A stretch of 64,000 nucleotides of DNA from Candidatus Eiseniibacteriota bacterium. GTDB taxonomy: Bacteria; Eisenbacteria; RBG-16-71-46; SZUA-252. The stretch lies in contig QJVW01000069.1 of assembly GCA_003235575.1 (NCBI GenBank), forward strand, positions 9,131-73,130, read 5' to 3'. Under the pieces are notes generated by a model. It was not told the DNA's origin and did no database searches. It saw only the letters and a list, made by a program, of their open reading frames with translations. The translations under genes were made by a program, and so were the position numbers. How positions within the stretch are numbered: position 1 is the stretch's first letter; every line of letters begins with the position of its first letter. Shown here in pieces: positions 9,967 to 19,900 of the stretch.

Positions 9967-10603
9967 CGCCCTGAAGGCGGACCGAGATCTCTTTCTGGAG
10001 AAGGTCTCTCCGTGGGTGGCAAGCGGACGCCTGGACGCGCGGTTCCTCGAACGGATCGATAAGTACGCCGCGCTCCTCCACAACCGGATCCCCACGCTGG
10101 CCCTCGTCGGCAAGCGGGACCGCGACTCCATCTACACCCGACACATCCTCGACTCCCTCAACCCCCTCTCGCTCATGGAGCAGCCGCCCGAGTGCTTCCT
10201 CGACATCGGAAGCGGCGGAGGCCTTCCGGGCATTCCCCTGGCCCTGGCGTGGCCGAAGACGCGCGCCGTGCTGCTCGAATCAAGGGAGCGCAAGGTGGCC
10301 TTTCTCGAGCGGACCCTTCGGGCCCTCGAGCTCCGCTCGGCCCACGTCGTCTGCGAACGGCTGGAGGAACACGTCAAGAAGTGCGGACCCGCCTACGACG
10401 TCTTATTCATCCGAGCCGTGGCCGACCCGGCCCGCCTGATTGAGGAGGCCGGGGCCTGCTGTTTGCCTGGGGCACGTTGGGTCTACTTCCTGGGCGCAGG
10501 CATCGACCGCGGGATTCTCCGGGAGAATCTCGCGGCCACAGGACGGGAGGGAGTCGAGGCCACCGGGTCCTTCGGGGGCCGCTTGTTCACCGGCGTGGTC
10601 TGA
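9926..10603 (+). CDS. rsmG: 16S rRNA (guanine527-N7)-methyltransferase RsmG (GidB)
   Basis: SAM-binding [19 protein letters not shown] and canonical position after mnmG. Confidence 0.85.
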   Translation: MPSETDGGAYPLPDALKADRDLFLEKVSPWVASGRLDARFLERIDKYAALLHNRIPTLALVGKRDRDSIYTRHILDSLNPLSLMEQPPECFLDIGSGGGLPGIPLALAWPKTRAVLLESRERKVAFLERTLRALELRSAHVVCERLEEHVKKCGPAYDVLFIRAVADPARLIEEAGACCLPGARWVYFLGAGIDRGILRENLAATGREGVEATGSFGGRLFTGVV

Positions 10604-10644
10604 GTCCACCGAGCCTGCGCCGCGACACCCCCGCAAGCACTCGA

Positions 10645-10660
10645 TGTTTCACGTGAAACA
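10645..10660. promoter_or_regulatory. parS: parS site TGTTTCACGTGAAACA (within 18-bp palindrome ATGTTTCACGTGAAACAT)
   Basis: Exact match to the widely conserved parS consensus, read directly; located between rsmG and parA. Confidence 0.85.
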
Positions 10661-10817
10661 TCTCCACAAGATGCTGCAAAATTGACATTTAACCAGGCCC
10701 TTTCGTGGAATGGGGCGGTTTTGAGCCCGATGGGTCGTCACGCTGCTCGAATCCTCCGCTCCGGGTCCTTCGCGCGCACCAGCCTCTAATCGCTTAATTA
10801 TCAGCAGCTAAAAAATG

Positions 10818-10833
10818 TGTTTCACGTGAAACA
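10818..10833. promoter_or_regulatory. parS: second parS site TGTTTCACGTGAAACA
   Basis: Identical 16-mer 173 bp downstream of the first, about 110 bp upstream of the parA start. Confidence 0.85.
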
Positions 10834-10941
10834 TAGATTCCGTTGGCGTCGGGGGCGACCTGTCGCCTAGACTCGGGCACCCGCGGGCCTCAACAGTCTC
10901 GCGCCCCGCGGCAATACCAGCAAATCGGACCAGGGAGATCC

Positions 10942-11703
10942 ATGCCAAGGACGGTAGCAATCGCAAACCAAAAGGGCGGCGTCGGCAAGACGACCACGGC
11001 CGTAAACCTGGCCGCGGCGCTGGCGCTGAATGGGAAGAGAACTCTTCTCATAGACATAGATCCACAGGGGAATGCGGGGAGCGGCCTCGGATATCCAAGC
11101 CTCAAGATCCAGAGTGGCATCTACGATGTGCTGGCCGGCGAGGCGCCACTTTCCAGAGTAACCATCGAAACAGACGTGGCGGGGCTGCACTTGATTCCTT
11201 CGGGTCAGCGCCTCGTGGGCGCCGAGGTCGAACTGGTGGATCTGCCTCGTCGCGAGTACCGGCTCAAGGAGGCTTTGGCCGAGGTTGAGGACCGCTACGA
11301 TCTGATCCTGATCGATGCGCCGCCATCATTGGGCTTTCTAACGCTAAACGCTCTCACCGCAGCAAAGTCCGTGCTTGTGCCCGTGCAGTGCGAGTACTAC
11401 GCCCTGGAGGGCCTGAGCCACCTGCTGAGCGCGATCCGTCTCGTGCAGCAGGGGCTGAACCCCACACTTCAAATCGAGGGAGTGCTGCTCACCATGTTCG
11501 ACAACCGGCTCAATCTCTCTCAACAGGTGTTGGAGGAGACTCGACGATTCTTCGCGGAGAGGGTCTACAGGACGGTGATCCCCCGCAACGTGCGACTCAG
11601 TGAGGCGCCCAGTTTCGGCAAGCCGGTGGTCGTCTACGATCCCGGGTGCGCAGGATCAATGAGCTACATGAACCTGGCGAAAGAGGTGATCGATCGTGGC
11701 TAG
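10942..11703 (+). CDS. parA: chromosome partitioning ATPase ParA/Soj
   Basis: Deviant Walker A IANQKGGVGKTTTAVNLAAALA. ATG at 10942 preceded by GGGAGA. The ORF-track upstream extension is unlikely. Confidence 0.9.
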   Translation: MPRTVAIANQKGGVGKTTTAVNLAAALALNGKRTLLIDIDPQGNAGSGLGYPSLKIQSGIYDVLAGEAPLSRVTIETDVAGLHLIPSGQRLVGAEVELVDLPRREYRLKEALAEVEDRYDLILIDAPPSLGFLTLNALTAAKSVLVPVQCEYYALEGLSHLLSAIRLVQQGLNPTLQIEGVLLTMFDNRLNLSQQVLEETRRFFAERVYRTVIPRNVRLSEAPSFGKPVVVYDPGCAGSMSYMNLAKEVIDRG

Positions 11704-12637
11704 AAAAGCGCTGGGAAGAGGGTTGGAAGCACTGATTCCGTCTGGAGTGGACCAGGAGGTGCCCATGGCGCCGCCTTCACCCTCGGTGGGCTCGCCTTCG
11801 CCGTCGCCGGCGGCCCACGCCGAGCGAGCCGGGGAAGCTCGGACGAGCGACATCGTGCACGTCCCGCTGACGCGCATCGAACGCAACCCCGCGCAGCCGC
11901 GGACGCAGTTCGATCCCGCGACCATTCGGGAGTTGGCCGATTCGATCCGGGAGCGCGGTGTTCTGCAGCCGGTCCTGTTGCGCCCCTCCGGCGACGGCTA
12001 CCAGCTGGTCGCAGGCGAGCGACGATTCCTCGCCGCCAAGGAGGCCGGGTTCAACACCGTTCCAGCCATCGTCCGCCCACTCACGGATCGCGAATCACTG
12101 CTGATCGCCCTCATCGAAAACGTCCAGCGGGAGAATCTAAATCCCGCGGACGAAGCGCGCGCCTACTACCGCCTGGCCGCCGAGTACGGGCTGTCGCATG
12201 AGGAGATCGCAAAGCGCGTGGGGAAGGATCGGTCAACTGTTTCTAACATTATTAGATTCAACAATTTGCCTGTTGAAGCAATGTCCCTCATGGAGTCGGG
12301 CAGGATCTCGGCCGGGCACGGCAGGGCGCTTCTTTCACTCGCCTCGGCAAAGCAGCAAATCGAGCTCGCGAACGCGGCGGCTTCGAACGATTGGTCCGTG
12401 AGGGAGTTGGAGTCGCGCATCCAGCGGTCCTCGTCGCCGCGTGTCGGCAAGTCCCGCCGAGCGCCGCACAGGGCGTTCTCCGCCGAACTGCTTGCCCTGG
12501 AAGACGAATTGATGCGGATCATGGGGACACGGGTTCGTATCACCAGGCGCCGCGGTGGAACCGGATCGCTTTCAGTGGATTACCACAATCAGGAAGAGTT
12601 GGAGCGGCTGATCGAGATGCTCCGCACGCTCTCCTAG
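11696..12637 (+). CDS. parB: chromosome partitioning protein ParB/Spo0J
   Basis: ParB box LQPVLLRPSGDGYQLVAGERRFLAAKEAG and HTH GKDRSTVSNIIRFNNLP. GTG start overlapping the parA end. Confidence 0.9.
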   Translation: MARKALGRGLEALIPSGVDQEVPMAPPSPSVGSPSPSPAAHAERAGEARTSDIVHVPLTRIERNPAQPRTQFDPATIRELADSIRERGVLQPVLLRPSGDGYQLVAGERRFLAAKEAGFNTVPAIVRPLTDRESLLIALIENVQRENLNPADEARAYYRLAAEYGLSHEEIAKRVGKDRSTVSNIIRFNNLPVEAMSLMESGRISAGHGRALLSLASAKQQIELANAAASNDWSVRELESRIQRSSSPRVGKSRRAPHRAFSAELLALEDELMRIMGTRVRITRRRGGTGSLSVDYHNQEELERLIEMLRTLS

Positions 12638-12678
12638 GCGCTATCCGGGGCGTTCGGCCCCGCCGGCCGTGTAGGAGA

Positions 12679-12687
12679 TGTGGATAA
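12679..12687. promoter_or_regulatory. isolated perfect DnaA box (TGTGGATAA) downstream of parB
   Basis: Exact reverse-orientation DnaA box 9-mer read directly in the parB-moxR intergenic region. Confidence 0.4.
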
Positions 12688-12864
12688 GTCGATAAATTCG
12701 GTGGAAAACGCAGCAACTCGTTGCAAGAGAGCCCATTGCGCTAGCCCTGCGCATACCGGCGCGCCCGGTTATGCACAGACGTGCGTCAACCCTGTAACAA
12801 TCGTACGCGGCGCGCGGACCCCCCAACGGGGCGGTCCCCGCCCAACCCGAACGAAAGGTCTTCG

Positions 12865-13881
12865 ATGAAAGAGTCCGTCGCTTCCCGCGACGTCGAACTT
12901 CTCGACGAGTTGAAGCAGGCAAGGGCCTCCATCGTCGCCGAGCTCCGCAAGGTGATCGTCGGCCACGAAGAGGTCGTGGAGCAGTTGCTGACGGCGCTCT
13001 TCGCGAACGGGCACTGTCTTCTTGTCGGCGTGCCGGGTCTCGCGAAGACGTTGCTTGTGTCGACCGTCGCGCGCGCGCTCGATCTGGAATTCAGCCGCAT
13101 TCAATTCACGCCGGACCTCATGCCGTCCGACATCACCGGCACCGAGATTCTCGAAGAGGATTCCTCGACGGGGCGACGCTCCTTCAAATTCATCCGTGGT
13201 CCGATCTTCGCCAACGTCCTGCTCGCGGACGAAATCAACCGGACGCCGCCGAAGACACAGGCCGCGCTGCTGCAGGCGATGCAGGAGTACCGCGTCACCG
13301 CCGGCGGCGAGACGCATTCGCTGTCGCTCCCGTTCTTCGTGCTGGCGACGCAGAATCCGATCGAGTTCGAGGGAACGTATCCGCTTCCCGAGGCGCAGCT
13401 CGATCGGTTCATGTTCCACGTCTCCGTTTCCTACCCCAGCGACGAGGAGGAACAGCGCATCGTCGCGACGACGACCAGCGCGTACGAAGCCGACGTGCAA
13501 CGCGTCCTCGGCCGCGATCGGATTCTGGAACTTCAGAAATTGGTGCGACGGATTCCGGTGTCGGAGCACGTCGTCCGCTACGCCGTTCATCTCACGCGCG
13601 CCTCGCGTCCGGGACCCGACTGCGCGGCGTTCGTGCGCGACTGGGTTTCGTGGGGCGCCGGCCCGCGCGCGGCGCAGTACCTGGTGCTGGGAGCAAAGGC
13701 CCGCGCCGCGCTCCACGGACGGCCGACGCCAAGCGAGGACGACGTGCGCGCGGTGGTTCGCCCCGTGCTCCGACACCGCATCATTCCGAACTTCACGGCG
13801 GAGGCCGACGGCATTTCGAGCCTCGACATCATCGCGAAGCTTCTCGAGACGGTGCCCGGTTCGGATGGAGCTCGGGGCTAG
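12865..13881 (+). CDS. MoxR-family AAA+ ATPase
   Basis: Walker [22 protein letters not shown], Walker [25 protein letters not shown], and typical MoxR length (338 aa). Confidence 0.88.
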   Translation: MKESVASRDVELLDELKQARASIVAELRKVIVGHEEVVEQLLTALFANGHCLLVGVPGLAKTLLVSTVARALDLEFSRIQFTPDLMPSDITGTEILEEDSSTGRRSFKFIRGPIFANVLLADEINRTPPKTQAALLQAMQEYRVTAGGETHSLSLPFFVLATQNPIEFEGTYPLPEAQLDRFMFHVSVSYPSDEEEQRIVATTTSAYEADVQRVLGRDRILELQKLVRRIPVSEHVVRYAVHLTRASRPGPDCAAFVRDWVSWGAGPRAAQYLVLGAKARAALHGRPTPSEDDVRAVVRPVLRHRIIPNFTAEADGISSLDIIAKLLETVPGSDGARG

Positions 13882-13917
13882 CGGCGCCGGTCCGGCCCCG
13901 ACCCGCCCCACGAACCG

Positions 13918-14814
13918 ATGAGCGACGACCGACCACGGCTTCTCGACCCGGTCTTCATCTCCAAGCTCGCCCGTCTCGACCTGCAGGCGCGGCTGGTGGT
14001 GGAGGGATTTCTGACGGGGTTGCACCGTAGTCCGTACCACGGGTTTTCCGTCGAGTTCGCCGAGCACCGCCAGTACATGCCGGGCGATCCGCTCCGGCAC
14101 CTCGACTGGAAGGTGCTCGCGAAGTCCGACCGGAAATACCTGAAGCAGTACCAGGAGGAGACGAACCTCCGCGCACACCTGCTGGTCGACACCAGCGCGA
14201 GCATGGGCTACGGCACCAGCGGCGTCACCAAGCTCGACTACGCGCGCCAGTTGGCCGCGTCGCTGGCGTACCTCATCCTGGGGCAGCACGACGCGGTCGG
14301 GCTCTTCGGGTTCGCCCAGGGGCGGGGCGAGCAGATTCCGGCGCGCTCCACGATGGGGCATCTTCGGCCGCTCCTCCTGCTCCTCGAGCGTCTCACGGCC
14401 GGAGGCGGCACGGACTTCACCGCCTCGTTGCACACGCTGGCGGAGCGCATCACGCGGCGCGGTCTCGTCGTGATCCTCTCGGATCTCCTCGACGAGCCCG
14501 AGAAGATCGCCCAGGCGATTCATCACTTCCGTCACCGGCGCCACGAGGTCCTGGTGTTTCACATTCTGGATCCGCAGGAGGTCGCGTTCGACTTCGAGCG
14601 GGAGGCCGTTTACGTGGACGTCGAAGGCGGTCCACGCGTGACGACCCGGCCCCGCGAGCTGCGCGACGACTATCGCGCCCGCATCCAGGCTTGGCGCGCG
14701 CGGCTTCGCACGATCTGCATCGAGAAGCGCGCCGACTACATGGCGCTGACCACCGACGTTCCGTACGATCGCGCGCTGCTCGAATATCTTGCAAAGAGGT
14801 CGCGGCTTCTGTAG
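13918..14814 (+). CDS. DUF58 protein (MoxR-associated, vWA-like)
   Basis: Motif HRSPYHGFSVEFAEHRQYMPGDPLRHLDWKVLAKSDRKYLKQYQEE is the hallmark DUF58 N-terminal motif. Immediately follows moxR. Confidence 0.8.
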   Translation: MSDDRPRLLDPVFISKLARLDLQARLVVEGFLTGLHRSPYHGFSVEFAEHRQYMPGDPLRHLDWKVLAKSDRKYLKQYQEETNLRAHLLVDTSASMGYGTSGVTKLDYARQLAASLAYLILGQHDAVGLFGFAQGRGEQIPARSTMGHLRPLLLLLERLTAGGGTDFTASLHTLAERITRRGLVVILSDLLDEPEKIAQAIHHFRHRRHEVLVFHILDPQEVAFDFEREAVYVDVEGGPRVTTRPRELRDDYRARIQAWRARLRTICIEKRADYMALTTDVPYDRALLEYLAKRSRLL

Positions 14815-14835
14815 CCGCGGGGAGCCCCCGGTCCC

Positions 14836-16950
14836 ATGCCGACCTTCTCGTTCCTGAACCCCGGTTTTCTGTGGGCGCTGCCCGCGGCGGCCATTCCGCT
14901 CCTGATTCACCTTCTCAGCCGACGGCGCTTGCCGGAGATCCCGTTTCCGACGACGTCCTTCCTGCAGACGCTGGAGCCGCGCGAAATCCGCCGGATCCGG
15001 CTGCGCGAACTGCTTCTGCTCCTCCTGCGCACGCTGGCGCTTCTCCTCTTCGTGCTCGCCTTCGCGCGGCCCGCCTTGACGCCGGCCGACGCCGTGACGC
15101 ACGCCGCGGCCGCGGTCGGGATCCTTCTCGACGACTCGGAGAGCATGGCCGCCGTCGACGAGCGCGGCCACGCGCGCATCGACGAGGCGAAAGCCCGCGC
15201 CGCGGCGCTCGTCGAGGCGTCGCGTTCGGGCGACGCCATCCTTCTGGCTTCGTCCACGCGCGAGGAAGCGCCGCGTCCGGATCGCGGGGACGACCGCGTG
15301 CGCCTGCGCCGCGCGGTCGATCGCATCGAGGCTTTGCCGCGTCCCGCCTCGATGGCGCCGACGCTCGGCGGGCTGCGCCGGGCGATGGAGCGTAGCCCGC
15401 TCCCGTTCCGGGAGCTGTACGTCGTGAGCGACTTCCAGCGGTCCAACTTCAGCGATGCCGCGCGCGCCGAACTTGTCCGCGCCGCGACGGCGGGAATGCG
15501 CGTCTTTCTCGTGCCGGTGGCCGGCTCCTCGCTCCCCAACCGCGCCTTCGAATCGATCGATCCGGAGATCCGACCCGGGCCCGAGGGTCGCGGACTGGAG
15601 CTTCGCGCGCGTCTGGTGAATCACGCCAGCGCGCCCAGCGACCGGATCGCGATCCGACTGAGGGAAGGGGAGGCGCTGATCGGAGGCGGCGACGCGTCGC
15701 TCCGGGCCGGGGAACGCGCCTGGATCGCGATGCCGATCGAAGAGCGCGGGCTCGGCGTCTCCGGCTCGTCGCGCGAGACGCGCGTGACGGCGGAAATGGA
15801 CGAGGACGCGCTGGCGACCGATGACGTCTGGCACGCGGTGCTGGGCGCCCCGCGCCGGCTTCGCGTCCTGCGCATCGTGGAAGCGCGCGGCGGCGCGCCG
15901 CCGCGGTTCACGGCGCTGGCGCTCGATCCGTCGCGAAACGGGGCCTCCGGGTTTTCCGTCGAGGAGGGTTCGCCCGCGTCCCTGCTCTCGCTGACCGCCG
16001 GGCGCGCGGACGTCGTGCTGCTCGAGGACGTGGCGGCGCTGTCCGGCGACGCCGAGGCGCGCCTTCGCGCGTTCGTCCGCGACGGCGGCGGGCTCGTGGT
16101 CGCGATGGGGCCGCATGCCGACCCCGACTACTACAGCCGCCGGTTCTTCCCGGGCCTGATCGACCTCTCGCTTCAATCCGCGGCGCGCGCGCCCGACGGA
16201 GGCTCCTACGAATTGCGGGCTCGCGCCGCCGGCCACCCGATCCTCGAGGGCCTCTCGGTCGAGGTGGGCGCCCCGCTTTCCAAGGCGCGGTTGACGGGTC
16301 TGGTGCGCGGCAACGTCACCACGCCGCGCGCCGAGGTCGTGGTGCAGACGAGCAGCGGCCTGCCCGTCGTCGTCGCGGCGCCCTCGGTCGCGGTCTTCCT
16401 CTCCTCGCTGTCGGACGACTGGGGCGAACTGCCGTTTTCGGGCGCGTATGTCCCCCTGATTCGCGGCATGGTCAGCCACGCGGCACGGGCCGAGTCGGGC
16501 GCGCCACCCTCGCTCGTCGTGGGCGCCGCGCCGCGCATGCGCCTGGCCGCCGCGCCCTCCGGAGGCATCCGCGTCCGCGGACCGCGCGACTACGTCTCGA
16601 CCGCGACCGTGGAGGCGGAGGGCACGGGTTTTCGCGCCGTGGCGCTCGATCCAGCGCCGGCGCCCGGCTTCTACCAATTCGACACCGAAGGACAGATGCT
16701 CGGCACGGTCGCGGTGAACGTCGACCCCGTGGAGAGCGACCTCACCACGCTGCCGCCCGACTCGCTCCGCGCCGCGCTGCCGCCGGACGCACTGGAGCGG
16801 CTGACCGTGCTGCCGACCACCGCGGCCCTCACGCGCCATCTGCAGGCGACGCGCCGCGGCGAGGAGTTGTGGCTTCCGCTTCTCCTCCTCGCGGCCGTGC
16901 TCCTCGCGGTGGAAATCGCGCTCGCCAGCGCACGGCGGTTGAGCGCATGA
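14836..16950 (+). CDS. BatA-like membrane protein: N-terminal double-transmembrane domain plus vWA domain (MIDAS DDSESM)
   Basis: N-terminus MPTFSFLNPGFLWALPAAAIPLLIHLLSRRRLPEIPFPTTSFLQ (aerotolerance BatA N-terminal-type) with two TM helices, followed by ILLDDSESMAAVDE (DxSxS MIDAS motif). Operon partner of MoxR/DUF58. Confidence 0.7.
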   Translation: MPTFSFLNPGFLWALPAAAIPLLIHLLSRRRLPEIPFPTTSFLQTLEPREIRRIRLRELLLLLLRTLALLLFVLAFARPALTPADAVTHAAAAVGILLDDSESMAAVDERGHARIDEAKARAAALVEASRSGDAILLASSTREEAPRPDRGDDRVRLRRAVDRIEALPRPASMAPTLGGLRRAMERSPLPFRELYVVSDFQRSNFSDAARAELVRAATAGMRVFLVPVAGSSLPNRAFESIDPEIRPGPEGRGLELRARLVNHASAPSDRIAIRLREGEALIGGGDASLRAGERAWIAMPIEERGLGVSGSSRETRVTAEMDEDALATDDVWHAVLGAPRRLRVLRIVEARGGAPPRFTALALDPSRNGASGFSVEEGSPASLLSLTAGRADVVLLEDVAALSGDAEARLRAFVRDGGGLVVAMGPHADPDYYSRRFFPGLIDLSLQSAARAPDGGSYELRARAAGHPILEGLSVEVGAPLSKARLTGLVRGNVTTPRAEVVVQTSSGLPVVVAAPSVAVFLSSLSDDWGELPFSGAYVPLIRGMVSHAARAESGAPPSLVVGAAPRMRLAAAPSGGIRVRGPRDYVSTATVEAEGTGFRAVALDPAPAPGFYQFDTEGQMLGTVAVNVDPVESDLTTLPPDSLRAALPPDALERLTVLPTTAALTRHLQATRRGEELWLPLLLLAAVLLAVEIALASARRLSA

Positions 16951-16980
16951 CCGCGCTGCCGCGCTCCAGCGCCTGACGCC

Positions 16981-19900
16981 GTGTCGACGACCGTATCCAC
17001 CACGACCCTCGCCTCGCGCCTGCTCCAGGCCGTCGTCTCGCACCCCGCGACCGGGGATCTCATGGCGCGCGCCCGCGCGGAGGCGGCGACCGATCGCGGC
17101 GAACGGGGAGATCGCCCCGCGATTCGCGTGCGGGGAAGCGCGGGGAGCCTCAACGCGATCCTCGCCGCGGTCCTCGCGGGTCAGGGAACCGTTCCGATGG
17201 CGGTGGTGGCTCCCGACCTCGATCGTGCGGAAGCATGGCGGGACGATCTGGCCGCGTTTCTCGGGCCCAACGGGGTCGTCTACCTTCCGCCGCTGGACGT
17301 CGTGCCGTGGAGCCACCAGACGCCGACGTCGCCCGTGCGCGACGAGCGCCTCGACGGCCTCGCGCGTCTCGCCGGCGCCGCGCCGCCGGTGGCGGTCATT
17401 CCCGCGGCGGCGCTCCAGCGCTTGGTGCCGCGACCGGAGGATCTCCGCCCGCGTACGCTGCGGCTTCGCGCCGGCTGGGAAGGCGACCCACACGACTTGA
17501 TGCGCGACCTCGTCCTGTTCGGCTACCGGACCGTGAACGAGGTGAGCGAGTCGGGGGAGGTCAGTCGTCGCGGCGGGATCGTGGACGTGCACGGCCCCGG
17601 CATGGAACAGCCGATCCGCATCGAATTCGACGGAGATGTCGTCGCGTCGCTTCGCTCCTTCGACCCCGCCACGCAACGGTCGACCGGGACGGTCGCGGAA
17701 GCCCGCGTCGTTCCGGCCCGCGAGATCCTGTACGCGGCGGACCTCGATGCGCGCCTGCGCGCGTTCGACCGGCCGCCGCTCTCGACGGGGGAGGAGGCCC
17801 GCCGCCTGCGCGACCTGGTCGGAGAAGGGATCTACTTCGAGGGTGTCGAGTGGCTGGCGCCCCATCTCGGCGTCGATCTCGGCTCGATCCTGGACCACCT
17901 TCCGCCCGGGACCCTCCTCTGGGTCGACGAGCCGCTCGCCGTCGAGCGCGAGCTCATCCAGGTGGAGCGGGAGGCCGAGCGGCTGGAGCCCGGAGCCCGG
18001 GAACGCTCGTCGCTGCTTCCGCCGCGCGACACGCTGTTCGAGCCTTCCCAGCGGACGCTCGATCGCCTGCGATCGACGCCACGCATCGAGTCGAGCGTGA
18101 CCGGCCGGGAGATTCGCGACGACGGCGAGCGGATCGACTTCGGGGCGCGGCCGCAGCCCGCGTTCGGGCGGAAGCTGGACCTTCTTCGCTCCGAGCTTCG
18201 CCGCCTGGGCCAGGTCGGATATCACCGGTCGATCGTCTGCGACAACATCGGCCAGGCCGAGCGCCTGGAGGAACTGCTCGGAGACGACCTCGCGACGATC
18301 GAGGTCGGCTCGCTCGTAGGCGGCTTCGTCCTGCCCGCCGCCCGCATGGCGGTTTTCACCGACCACGAGATCTTCGCGCGCTACCGGCGCCGGCGCGGGC
18401 GGCGACTCCGCCCGTCGGCGGCCGCGATGCGCGAACTCCTGACCCTCGCGCCCGGCGATTACGTGGTGCACCTGGATCACGGCATCGGTGTCTACAAGGG
18501 TCTTCAGCGCCTGACGTTCGACGGCCACGAGACCGAGTGCATCCAGCTCGACTACGCCGGCGGCGACCGGCTCTTCGTCCCCATCGATCAGTTGGGTCTG
18601 ATCGAGCGCTACGCCGCGGAGGAAGGACACGCGCCCACCATCCACCGTCTCGGCGGCACCACGTGGGCGCGCACCAAATCGAAGACCCGCAAGGCGATCG
18701 CCGACATCGCCGGAGAGCTGCTACGACACTACGCCGCGCGCCAGGCGCACCCGGGGCACGCGTTTCCCGCCGATACCCCCTGGCAGCGCGAACTGGAGTC
18801 GTCGTTCGTGTACGACGAGACGCCCGATCAGCTCCGCGCGGTCGAGGACGTGAAGCGGGACATGGAGTCGTCGCGGCCGATGGACCGCCTTCTTTGCGGG
18901 GACGTCGGGTACGGAAAGACCGAGGTGGCGATCCGCGCGGCGTTCAAAGCCATTCAGGGCGGAAAACAGGTGGCGGTGCTGGTCCCGACGACTGTTCTCG
19001 CGCAGCAGCACTTCGTGACCTTCACCGAACGGCTGGCGGATTACCCGGTTCGGATCGATGTGCTGTCCCGGTTTCGCAACGCGAAGGAGCAGAAAGAGGT
19101 GGTCGCCAAGGTGGGCCGTGGGGAAGTCGACCTCGTCATCGGCACGCACCGGCTCCTGTCCAAGGATGTGCGGTACGCCAATCTGGGGTTGGTGATCATC
19201 GACGAGGAGCAGCGATTCGGCGTCGCCCAGAAGGAACGCATCCGGACGATGATGGAGACGGTCGATGTCCTGACGCTCACCGCCACGCCGATTCCCCGAA
19301 CACTCCACCTCAGCCTGCTCGGCGCGCGGGACATGTCCAGCATGGCGACGCCGCCGCGCGGACGGTATCCGATCAAGACTGAAATCGTGGAAATGAACCG
19401 CGAGGTGATCCAGGACGCGCTCTTGCGGGAGGCGGATCGTGGCGGGCAGTCGTTCTTCGTCCACAACCGGGTCGAGTCGATCGACCAGATGGCCCACTAC
19501 CTGCAAAGCATCGTTCCGCAATTGCGCTACGCCGTGGCGCACGGGCAAATGAAGGACGCACAACTCGAGAAGGTGATGCTCGACTTCCTCGAGCGGCGCG
19601 TCGACGTGCTCGTCTCGACCCTGATCATCGAATCGGGATTGGACATCCCCACGGTGAACACGATGCTCATCCACCGCGCCGACGCCCTTGGCTTGGCGCA
19701 GATCTACCAGTTGCGGGGGCGGATCGGCCGTTCGCACCACCAGGCCTTCTGCTACCTCCTCGTTCCGCCGGGAAAGGTCCTCTCCGAGGAGGCCGAGAAG
19801 CGGCTGCGCGTCGTCGCCGAGCACGAAGAGCTTGGCGCCGGCCTCCAGATCGCGATGCGCGACCTCGAAATTCGAGGCGCGGGCAACCTGCTCGGGCCCG

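Noticed and set aside
12641-12663. Intrinsic terminator after parB
   Set aside because: Only a 5-bp GC stem (CGGGG/CCCCG) with no U-tract; too weak to call.
12769-18645. 1958-aa minus-strand ORF spanning moxR, DUF58, batA and the start of mfd
   Set aside because: Antisense to four well-supported + strand genes with clear motifs. Translation is Arg/Gly/Ala-rich low complexity typical of spurious open frames in ~68% GC DNA. No start or RBS context.
17235-19382. 715-aa + strand ORF in alternate frame inside mfd
   Set aside because: Overlaps the Mfd helicase domains in a different frame. Arg/Pro/Gly-rich composition; high-GC frame artefact.
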